Origin: Nitrospirota bacterium
GTDB lineage: Bacteria; JACPQY01
NCBI GenBank assembly: GCA_016180645.1
Contig: JACPAV010000002.1
Span: 62,001-126,000 of the forward strand
Direction: 5' to 3'
DNA: 64,000 bases
Shown here: positions 56,390 to 64,000 of the stretch, piece by piece
Layout of the letters: each line of letters opens with the position of its first letter
Numbering within the stretch: position 1 is the first letter of the stretch
Made by a program: the position numbers and the translations under genes
Notes under the pieces: generated by a model
The model's database searches: none
Seen by the model: only the letters and a program-made list of their open reading frames with translations
What the model was told of the DNA's origin: nothing

Positions 56390-58369
56390 TCAGGTCGTCG
56401 GAAGCCTCCGGGCCTCCCCGGCCAGTTCGATGAGGTCCAGCATGATGGAGTTCAGCTCGAAATCCTTGGGCGTGTAGATCCGTTTGACGCCAAGACCCAG
56501 GAGAACGGTGTGGTCCGAGGCCGGGATGATTCCGCCCACCACCACGGGCTTCTCCTGAAGCCCTTCCTGCTTCATGAGGGACATGATGTCGCCCACCAAC
56601 TCCACGTGAGATCCCGACAGAATGCTCAGGCCCACCAGATCGACGCCCTCCTGCAAGGCCGAGGCGACGATCTGTCCCGGTGTGAGTCGTATTCCGGCGT
56701 AAATCACCTCCATGCCCGCGTCCCGTGCACGGACGGCGATCTGCTCCGCTCCATTGCTGTGACCGTCCAATCCGGGCTTGCCGACCAGAATCCTTATCTT
56801 GTGTCCGAGACGCTGCTGGATCTCGCGCATCCTCTCCCGCACCCCGGCAAGGCCGTTCGATGCGGCGGCACCCACGCTGGGCGCCACTCCTGTGGGAGCA
56901 CGGTACTCCCCGAACACTTCACGCAGCACCCCCGCCCACTCGCCGGTGGTCACCCCCGCTTCGGCGGCTTCGATCGACGCCGACATGAGGTTCGTCCCCT
57001 CGATGGCCGACCGGCGGAGCGCCGACAACGCCGCTTCCACACGGCGGCGATCCCGCTTCCGCCTGAATGTATGGAGACGTTGAATCTGGTCCTTCTCGGC
57101 CTGCGGGTCCACTCGGAAAAATTGTTCTTTCGATTCGGCCGTGAGGGGCGACACTTCGGATTCCTGAAACTTGTTCACCCCTACCACAATCTGATCACCG
57201 GACTCGATGGCCCGCACACGCGTCGAATTGGATTCGACTAGTCTCTGCTTCACGTACCCCGTCTCCACGGCCCGCAGGATTCCACCCATGGTATCGATCC
57301 GGTCCATCTCGGCCCGAGTGTCCTTCTTGAGTTCTTCCACCTTGGCCCGGACCACCGGCGATCCGTCGAACAGATCCGGGTATTCGAGAAGATCCGTTTC
57401 GTGCGCCAGGATCTGCTGAAGCCGGAGCGAAAGTTGTTGGTCCCAGGGCCGGGGCAGTCCGAGCGCTTCGTTCCAAGCGGGAAGCTGTAGAGACCGCGCG
57501 CGGGCATTTTTCGACAAGGTCACTCCGAGGGCTTCATAGGCGATCCGCACAATGTTATTTTCCGCCTGGCGCTCGGTGAGCCCCAAAGAGTTGACTTGTA
57601 CGCCGTACCGGAATCGCCGCTCCTTCGGATCCTTCACGCCGTAGCGGGAACTCGCAATCTCATCCCACATCTCCGTGAACGCCCTCATTTTGCACATTTC
57701 CTCGACAAACCGGAGGCCGGCATTGACAAAGAAGGAAATGCGGCCGACGGAAGCGGACAGCTCGGCCCCGACGAATCCGCGTGACTTCACGCTGTCCAAT
57801 ACCGCAATCGCGTTGCACAAGGAGTAGGCGAGCTCCTGCATCGGTGTCGCTCCCGCCTCCTGGAGGTGGTAGCTGCAAATGTTGATCGGATTCCATTTGG
57901 GCACGTTTTCCACCGCGTACACGATCGTGTCGGTGATGAGCCGCATGGAAGGGCCCGGAGGAAAGCTGTAGGTCCCCCTTGAAAGATACTCCTTCACAAT
58001 GTCGTTCTGCGTCGTGCCCTGCAACAGTTTCGGATCGACCCCGCGCTTCTTCGCCAAGGCGATGTAGAGGGCCAGGAGCCAGGCCGCCGTCGCATTGATC
58101 GTCATGGACGTGTTCATCCGATCGAGCGGAATGCCGTCCAGGAGACGGTCGAGGTCTTCCAAGTTGGAGATCGGCACCCCGACTTTTCCGACCTCACCTT
58201 TAGCCAGCGGATGGTCCGGGTCGTATCCGATTTGTGTGGGCAGATCGAATGCGATGCTCAGCCCGGTCTGACCCTTGGCGAGATTGGCGCGGTAGAGCTT
58301 GTTGGACGCCTCGGCGGACGAATGTCCCGCGTACGTCCGCATGATCCACGGCTGATCTTTGACCGCCAT
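56390..58369 (-). CDS. ecm: Ethylmalonyl-CoA mutase (MeaA/Ecm), B12-dependent
   Basis: PWIMRTYAGHSS (His variant typical of Ecm/MeaA), GQTGLSIAFDLPTQ, QLPAWNEALGLPRPWDQQ and B12 motif GKPGLDGHSNG; clustered with ccr. Confidence 0.93.
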   Translation of the reverse strand: MAVKDQPWIMRTYAGHSSAEASNKLYRANLAKGQTGLSIAFDLPTQIGYDPDHPLAKGEVGKVGVPISNLEDLDRLLDGIPLDRMNTSMTINATAAWLLALYIALAKKRGVDPKLLQGTTQNDIVKEYLSRGTYSFPPGPSMRLITDTIVYAVENVPKWNPINICSYHLQEAGATPMQELAYSLCNAIAVLDSVKSRGFVGAELSASVGRISFFVNAGLRFVEEMCKMRAFTEMWDEIASSRYGVKDPKERRFRYGVQVNSLGLTERQAENNIVRIAYEALGVTLSKNARARSLQLPAWNEALGLPRPWDQQLSLRLQQILAHETDLLEYPDLFDGSPVVRAKVEELKKDTRAEMDRIDTMGGILRAVETGYVKQRLVESNSTRVRAIESGDQIVVGVNKFQESEVSPLTAESKEQFFRVDPQAEKDQIQRLHTFRRKRDRRRVEAALSALRRSAIEGTNLMSASIEAAEAGVTTGEWAGVLREVFGEYRAPTGVAPSVGAAASNGLAGVRERMREIQQRLGHKIRILVGKPGLDGHSNGAEQIAVRARDAGMEVIYAGIRLTPGQIVASALQEGVDLVGLSILSGSHVELVGDIMSLMKQEGLQEKPVVVGGIIPASDHTVLLGLGVKRIYTPKDFELNSIMLDLIELAGEARRLPTT

Positions 58370-58444
58370 GATCCCATTTTACCCGCCCACTCCCCACCGA
58401 ACAAGACCGCCGCAGGGTCAGCCCTTTTTCAATGCATATGATCG

Positions 58445-58533
58445 GGATGATCGGTGACAGTATACTCTATTACAATAATAGGTGACAGAATACTTTATTA
58501 GAGAGAATAATAGTATACTGTCACCGATTATCC
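58445..58533. repeat. AT-rich 89-bp element with 22-bp terminal inverted repeats and an internal third copy
   Basis: GGATGATCGGTGACAGTATACT (58445-58466) and AGTATACTGTCACCGATTATCC (58512-58533), 21/22 complementary; internal GGTGACAGAATACT at 58481-58494. Confidence 0.85.
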
Positions 58534-58564
58534 ATCCGCTGACGTCGTCCCCTTTTAACCAGCG

Positions 58565-59077
58565 TCAGTCGCTGGCGCCGCCGAGAATAAGCCCGCCCCA
58601 CTTCCACGTGTTCCCCTCGGAAGGGACAGTGGTAGGTCCAAAATAACAGCCATAGATAGATTGAAAGGGAAGTCCTGAGATCGCTGGGACATCAGTATCG
58701 AAATACATGGTGCCCGCTTGTGATGCGTCGCACGGAAAGGGGGCCGTAGCAGAACGATGAAGCTGCAGGGCACCACCTTCAATAGTCAGCTTGTTTGCCG
58801 GGCTCGCCGTCCCAATCCCCACGTTACCTTCGGTGTAGATGGCGTTCGCACTGCTCTTGGTCCAGTTCGGAAGGCCCTCGATGGCCTTCTTGAGGTTGCC
58901 GAGCGAAGTGTTGAGGTCGTCCGCGACCAGCGCCTCGCCGGTCGTCCAAGTCTTGACCGTTCCCACCGTCACGGCCAAGGCAACCGTCGCAATAATACCC
59001 ACGGTTATTCCCGCGCCGAGCAGCAGACCTTTTACGAACACTTGAATTCTCTTTGGACACCTCCTCGATTTCATCAT
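58565..59077 (-). CDS. Small exported/membrane-anchored protein with a fibre-like GNVGIGT motif
   Basis: N-terminal hydrophobic helix, TWTTGEALVADDLN and GNVGIGTASPANKLTI; ATG overlaps the upstream stop. Start uncertain. Confidence 0.65.
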   Translation of the reverse strand: MMKSRRCPKRIQVFVKGLLLGAGITVGIIATVALAVTVGTVKTWTTGEALVADDLNTSLGNLKKAIEGLPNWTKSSANAIYTEGNVGIGTASPANKLTIEGGALQLHRSATAPFPCDASQAGTMYFDTDVPAISGLPFQSIYGCYFGPTTVPSEGNTWKWGGLILGGASD

Positions 59078-59899
59078 CCCAGGATGCACGAGCCGATCTT
59101 GGACGACCCTACAATGCACGTGGATCTTGCATCCGGTTGGGACGGCTGCGCCGGGACGTCCGGCGTGGGGGGCTTGTCCGACAAATCCACCAACGGAGTC
59201 GCCGACACCTCACCCGACCTTTCGCTCTCGCTCTTGGAATTGAGGGCTGAGACAGCAAAGAAGTAAACCTGACCGTTGTTGAGACCCGTCAGCCTCGCAT
59301 TCAACGCACCCGTTATGCTCACCGGCGAGGCACCCTCCTTCGCTTCCTTGCCCTCGTAGGGTCCGCCCGTCTTCGCGCCATAGTAGATCCGGTACTCGGC
59401 TGCTCCCGCCGACGCTTCCCATGACAGGGCCACGGAGGCGTTTCCCGTTCGCGCTTGAAGGTTCCTGGGCGGCTCAGGCGCCGCCGTGATCGCCCCAAGC
59501 GCAACGCTGATTTCCGGGGAGGCCGGCCCTTCCCCATCGGGTGCGGTCGCAGAAACCTCGAAAAAGTACGTGAGGCTCGGTTCCAAGCCGTCGATCAAGA
59601 CCCTCGACACATTCCCAACGTCGGCCGGTGAATTCCCGATTGAAAGCCCCTTGCCCTTGCGCGCGGCGCTTTTCGTGTCGTGGTAAACCAGGTACCCGCG
59701 GGCCCCCGCCACGAGGTCCCACGAAAGCGTCACATTGTTCTCGCCGATGACGGATCGGACGTTCTGCGGCGCAGGCAACCCCTCAAGGAGCCTTTTCTCA
59801 GCTTCCGCGGAGCAGGCGCTGAGGATCAGCGCGAGCGGGAGGACGATTCTAGGGTATGACTGTGAGTGAGTGAGTGAGTGAGTGCAAGATTCTCACCAT
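59074..59899 (-). pseudogene. Two-fibronectin-III-domain lipoprotein, frameshifted at a (CACT)n repeat in its signal peptide
   Basis: Two FN3 domains (PAPQNV..VTLSW..Y..Y and PEPPRNL..VALSW..LNNGQVYFFAV) preceded in frame by RIVLPLALILSAC with no in-frame ATG; ATG 59899 is one repeat unit out of frame. Confidence 0.75.
59862..59884 (-). repeat. Tetranucleotide simple sequence repeat (CACT)5CAC
   Basis: The plus strand reads GTGAGTGAGTGAGTGAGTGAGTG. Confidence 0.92.
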
Positions 59900-59908
59900 G
59901 CCGGCTGA

Positions 59909-59937
59909 AACCTACTCCCGCCCTTCCTCCAAGTCAA
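59909..59937 (-). promoter_or_regulatory. Sigma70-like promoter for the FN3 lipoprotein cassette
   Basis: TTGACT-N17-TAGGTT, 9 nt before ATG 59899. Confidence 0.6.
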
Positions 59938-59971
59938 ACGTCCACCCTGGGGATCTGGGGCTTCCAAACAC

Positions 59972-61237
59972 TCACGGCAGATCGGTGAGGCCGGGCTTGG
60001 GGGAGCCGACGAGGGCGGCCATGTTGCCGCTGGGGTGCTTGTTCTCGTGCATGAGCTGGTGGGCCAAAGGGATCTCGTCGAATTTGAACGTCCGCGAAAG
60101 ACACGGGCCCACCATGCCCTGAGCCACCATGTGATTCAGCGCCGCGCACTGCTCGTCGTTCGCAAAATGGGAGCCCTGAAATCGCTTCTGACGCATCCAG
60201 AGGTATCGAAGATCCGCTACGGCGTTGTATCCGCTCGTGCCCGCGCAAATCACGACCATGCCACCCGTATCGCAAACGAAAATCGACGTAGGCACCGTGT
60301 CCTCTCCGGGATGATCGAAAACAATCCGAGGATTCTTCCGTTCGCCCACCCCGTCCCAGAGAGCTTTCCCAAAAGCCCGGGCGCCCTGGAGCCATTCGCC
60401 ATATGACTTCTCATCCTTCCAGTGCGGGAGCATGCCCCAATGGTTGAAGTTTCTGCGGTTGATGACGCCCTTCGCACCGAGTTTCTTGCAAAACTCAGCC
60501 TTGTCGTCGCTCGAAACGACGGCCACCGGAATTCCACCAAACGCTTTCACGATTTGGATGGCCATGCTTCCGAGACCGCCCGCCCCGCCCCAGATGAGGA
60601 CGACGTCGCCCTTCTGAACCGTTTGTGGCGGCCAGCCCTTGAGCATCCGATACGCGGTGGCTCCGACGAGCATGTAGGCCGCGGCCGCTTCCCACGTCAG
60701 TTGCTTCGGCTTGGGGAGGCACTGGTGGTCCTGAACAATCGTGTACTGCGCGAAACTTCCCCAGTTCGTCTCGTATCCCCAGATCAGTTGCGTGGAACTG
60801 AACATCGGATCGCCGCCCTTCACGATGAACGGATCCTTCCGGTCCCAAACGCCGCAGTGAACGACAACGTGATCCCCCACTTTTACATTGCGCACACCGC
60901 TCCCCACCGCCCACACGATTCCCGACGCATCGCTTCCACCGATGTGAAAGTCGTAGGGATCGCCCTGTTTCTGCCGCGCCTTGATCACGTCCACTGGAAT
61001 TCCCCGCGCGGCCCAAACATTGTTGTAGTTGATCCCGGCCGCCATGACGTAAACGAGGACCTCGTCTTCTTTGAGCGGCCGGATGGGAATCCGTTCGAGC
61101 TGGAAGGCGGTCTTCGGTTCGCCGAAACGCGCGGCACGGATCACCTGGGCGTACATTTCGCCCGGAACCACGCCGAGCGGCGGCAGATCCGCGACCTCAA
61201 AGATCTCCTTTCCAGCCATCACGCGTTGTGCGGACAT
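59972..61237 (-). CDS. ccr: Crotonyl-CoA carboxylase/reductase
   Basis: [53 protein letters not shown] and GNMAALV. Confidence 0.97.
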   Translation of the reverse strand: MSAQRVMAGKEIFEVADLPPLGVVPGEMYAQVIRAARFGEPKTAFQLERIPIRPLKEDEVLVYVMAAGINYNNVWAARGIPVDVIKARQKQGDPYDFHIGGSDASGIVWAVGSGVRNVKVGDHVVVHCGVWDRKDPFIVKGGDPMFSSTQLIWGYETNWGSFAQYTIVQDHQCLPKPKQLTWEAAAAYMLVGATAYRMLKGWPPQTVQKGDVVLIWGGAGGLGSMAIQIVKAFGGIPVAVVSSDDKAEFCKKLGAKGVINRRNFNHWGMLPHWKDEKSYGEWLQGARAFGKALWDGVGERKNPRIVFDHPGEDTVPTSIFVCDTGGMVVICAGTSGYNAVADLRYLWMRQKRFQGSHFANDEQCAALNHMVAQGMVGPCLSRTFKFDEIPLAHQLMHENKHPSGNMAALVGSPKPGLTDLP

Positions 61238-61252
61238 TCCAGCACTTTCGCC

Positions 61253-62443
61253 CTATGAGACGGAGGATCTCTTCTTGATCAGGAGCCGGCGCTCAATCTC
61301 GAAAATCTTTTCGGCGATCTTCTCCTTGCCGAGATCCTTCTTGTCGTTTTCTTTAAGAAAAAGATCCGCACCGTATTTTTCGAGAGCATCCTTCGACTTG
61401 ATCCCCTTCACGCCGATGAGCTGAAACGTGACGACTCCCTCCGGGAGCTCTGCGGGGCCGTCTTGCTTGTGGAGGACTCTCGACAGTGCATACACGGTGT
61501 CACCCGACACCGATGGCTGAGTATGATACCCCTCCGTGTACCCAAAATCCCACAGCGCGTTCTCGGAGACATCCCGACTCGCGAGACCCGCAAGCCAATT
61601 GAAGACCAGACCTCCGTAGACCACCGGCTCACCCGAAAGGGGACCCCCGCGGCCCCCCGTGTAGATCTTGTCGTAGTGGAGCGGATGCGTATTGCCGGTC
61701 TTATACGTCCAGTTGTAGTGCTCGTCCGTAATGGTTCGACCGTTCGCGTGGACGATGATCTCTCCCACGTTGAAATCTTCGAAGTAGGTATTCGGTGCCG
61801 TCAGATTCGAGGGATACTTCCCGACCGGTTGAGGAATGTGCATGACCGGTTTCTCAAGGTCAGGGAAGCGGGTTGCCCCCGCCCCCTTGGGTGCCGATCC
61901 CCCCGCGGATTTCCCTCGCGGCGGGATCATGACCTTTCGGTCGTACTGCACGACGACCTCGTTCCGCTGGTTCAATCCGATCGTGCGAAGTTCCGCGATC
62001 CCGGGCTTGCCCTCGCCCCGCTCCTTGCGTCCCAACACTTTCGTAAGGGAACGGATAGTGTCCCCGGCGTAGGCCGGACGCAGGAACAGAACATCGTAAT
62101 ACCCGAGATGCGCAATCGCCTTTTCAGAATCGTTCTGCACGCCCTGGCTAAGCGCAAGATTGAGAAGCATAAGGGGCGAAGCAGGGCGTCGCTCGAAGCC
62201 GTGTGCTTTGGCGAACTCCTCATTGAGATAGAGCGGATTGGCCTCCATGAACGACGTGGCGAAATCGAGCATGAAGGCCTCCGAGAGGGTAAATCCCCTC
62301 GGGTGTTCGAACACTTCGCCCGCCACAAACTCCTCCAAGTAGCGACCGTACTGCGGCACCTTCACATTCGCCCCAAGTTGGACCGGCAGCGATGGCGCCT
62401 TCTCCGCCTGCTTTTCGCAGGCCACTTCGATACTCTTTCCCAA
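61253..62443 (-). CDS. mch: Double MaoC hot-dog dehydratase, likely mesaconyl-CoA hydratase
   Basis: Two MaoC halves (YGRYLEEF..GEVFEHPR; YFEDFNVGEIIVHANGRTIT) between mcd and ccr. Confidence 0.8.
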   Translation of the reverse strand: MGKSIEVACEKQAEKAPSLPVQLGANVKVPQYGRYLEEFVAGEVFEHPRGFTLSEAFMLDFATSFMEANPLYLNEEFAKAHGFERRPASPLMLLNLALSQGVQNDSEKAIAHLGYYDVLFLRPAYAGDTIRSLTKVLGRKERGEGKPGIAELRTIGLNQRNEVVVQYDRKVMIPPRGKSAGGSAPKGAGATRFPDLEKPVMHIPQPVGKYPSNLTAPNTYFEDFNVGEIIVHANGRTITDEHYNWTYKTGNTHPLHYDKIYTGGRGGPLSGEPVVYGGLVFNWLAGLASRDVSENALWDFGYTEGYHTQPSVSGDTVYALSRVLHKQDGPAELPEGVVTFQLIGVKGIKSKDALEKYGADLFLKENDKKDLGKEKIAEKIFEIERRLLIKKRSSVS

Positions 62444-62444
62444 G

Positions 62445-64000
62445 TTACTTCCCCTTCAACTGCTGTTCGACGAGCGACCGCGCAATAACGCGCAGGGCCA
62501 ATACTTCCTCCGCGCCCTCGAAAATCGAAAACACCCGTGAGTCCACATAATACCTCGATACATCATACTCCTCCGCGTAGCCCATGCCACCGTGGATCTG
62601 CAAGGCCTCCCGGGTCACCCACTCGGAAATCTTTCCCGCGAAGAACTTGACCATCGATCCTTCCATCTGGCCCTTCCCCTCATCGAACATCCGGGCCACG
62701 GCGTACGTGAACTGCCGTGACGCCTGAATCAGCATGGCCATCCGAGCCAGTTTGTACTGGGTGAGTTGATAATCAAAGATCGGCAGTCCGAAGACCTTTC
62801 GCTCCTGCGAATAGCTGAGCGCCTTCTCGAAGGCGGCCTGCATCACGCCGTTCGCCCGCGCAGCCGTCTGCAACCGGCCGCCGGAGAACCCCTCCATCTG
62901 GAGATAGAAACCTTTTCCGAGTCCGTCTTTCTCCCCGATCAGGTTTTCGTTCGGCACGAAGTAGTTATCGAAGTGGAGCTCATAGGAGTGCATGCCGCGA
63001 TAGCCGATCGTCCCGATGGCGCGGCCGGCCACTTTACCGCCGCCCTCCTGCTTGTACTCAAAGTTGTGACCGCTGAACGCCGGTTTTTCCGCCATCAGAA
63101 TGGAAAGCCCGCGATGCTTCTTGGACATGTCCGGATCCGTCCTCGCAAGAATCATCATGATTTCCGCTCGACCGGCAAACGTACACCACATCTTGGCGCC
63201 GTTGATGAGCCAGCCGCCCTTCGTCTGGGTCGCGGCGCATTTCATCGCGGCGACGTCCGATCCGTAGTCGGGCTCCGTCGCCCCGACCGCCACCATCTTC
63301 TCGCCCGAGGCCATCAGGGGCAGCCATTTCTTCTTCTGCGCTTCCGTGCCGCCCTTCAGGAGCGCTTTCGCCAGAATCTCCGGTCGCGTTATGAGACTTC
63401 CAGAGACGCCGAGCGAGCCGCGCGAGAGCTCTTCGGTTACAATCACCATCCCCATGTTGTCCGGTTTATCATCGCTCTGGAAGCCGCCGTACTTTTGCGG
63501 GATGGAGAGGCCGAAACATCCCATTTCAGCCAGCTCCTTGATGATCGGTTCCGGCGTCAATTCATCATGACGGTGCACCTTCTCGGCCACCGCACGAACC
63601 TTGGTATCGGCAAACTTCTTGAAGGCGTCCCGCATGAGCTGCTGCTCTTCCGAGAGACCGTAGCTTCCCCCGCCCCCCCTTTTCCGCAGTTCCTGGGAAA
63701 TCTCCTCATACCTCGACGGCGACTGGGCGGCTTGAAGCTCTTCCGACCTCGGACTCTGAAGGAGGGCGGAGCGTATTTGCGAGTCCGACAAACCAAATTC
63801 GGTGGGGCGCCGGGAAAGCGTCTGCCCGACATCGTGTACTACCTCGGCCGCGAACGTTTCGGCCAACAAGCCTTCGAGACGCCCATCCTCGGAACTCCTC
63901 TGAACGCGGTCGGCGTGTGTAAGGGTGTGCCGCGCGGCCTGAATCTCTGCGCACAGATAGGCAAGGTCGTAGGCGGTCACCTGGTGACGATCGAGCTTGG
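62445..64000 (-). CDS. mcd: Acyl-CoA dehydrogenase, likely (2S)-methylsuccinyl-CoA dehydrogenase (5' end outside the window)
   Basis: HQVTAYDLA N-terminal extension, EELSRG, TRPEI, TEPDYGSD, GYRGMHSYEL, GRLQTAARA and IFEGAEE; the frame stays open to the window edge. Confidence 0.85.
   Translation of the reverse strand, partial: KLDRHQVTAYDLAYLCAEIQAARHTLTHADRVQRSSEDGRLEGLLAETFAAEVVHDVGQTLSRRPTEFGLSDSQIRSALLQSPRSEELQAAQSPSRYEEISQELRKRGGGGSYGLSEEQQLMRDAFKKFADTKVRAVAEKVHRHDELTPEPIIKELAEMGCFGLSIPQKYGGFQSDDKPDNMGMVIVTEELSRGSLGVSGSLITRPEILAKALLKGGTEAQKKKWLPLMASGEKMVAVGATEPDYGSDVAAMKCAATQTKGGWLINGAKMWCTFAGRAEIMMILARTDPDMSKKHRGLSILMAEKPAFSGHNFEYKQEGGGKVAGRAIGTIGYRGMHSYELHFDNYFVPNENLIGEKDGLGKGFYLQMEGFSGGRLQTAARANGVMQAAFEKALSYSQERKVFGLPIFDYQLTQYKLARMAMLIQASRQFTYAVARMFDEGKGQMEGSMVKFFAGKISEWVTREALQIHGGMGYAEEYDVSRYYVDSRVFSIFEGAEEVLALRVIARSLVEQQLKGK

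Noticed and set aside
56390-58369. Methylmalonyl-CoA mutase
   Set aside because: RTYAGHS rather than RQYAGF, plus clustering with ccr, indicates ethylmalonyl-CoA mutase.

Overview
A GC-rich bacterial chromosome segment from a diderm organism; the gene content resembles deltaproteobacterial/Myxococcota-like lineages, but taxonomy cannot be fixed from this window. Housekeeping genes (mnmG, mnmE, pgsA, glpK, galU, ettA, etfAB, comF, sppA, tRNA-Pro-TGG) are interspersed with five accessory blocks: (i) a trehalose/osmotic-stress block (glycogen debranching enzyme, otsAB, ClC, MscS, DUF4398-OmpA lipoprotein) beside an NnrR-like Crp/Fnr regulator with a perfect NnrR-type palindrome; (ii) a ~2250-aa secreted gingipain (C25)-domain protein with a MYXO-CTERM-like tail; (iii) a two-component system next to a ~1000-aa Cys-rich lipoprotein with (GVRG)6 repeats; (iv) an apparent operon of PqqD/RRE, ExeA-type ATPase, degenerate HD-GYP, an FG-GAP/OmpA/Wza fusion, a small membrane protein and an S26-type peptidase; (v) an ethylmalonyl-CoA pathway cluster (mcd-mch-ccr ... 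ecm) interrupted by a two-gene surface-protein cassette whose fibronectin-III lipoprotein is frameshifted at a (CACT)5 repeat in its signal peptide, a phase-variation candidate. Window-wide signals are 7/8-nt tandem micro-repeats inserted in frame in conserved proteins and signal peptides, GTAG-type REP hairpins (one inside a CDS), and many -10 boxes only 6-12 nt before start codons. No CRISPR array, rRNA, intact transposase or prophage was seen. All family assignments come from motif recognition by eye, not database searches.
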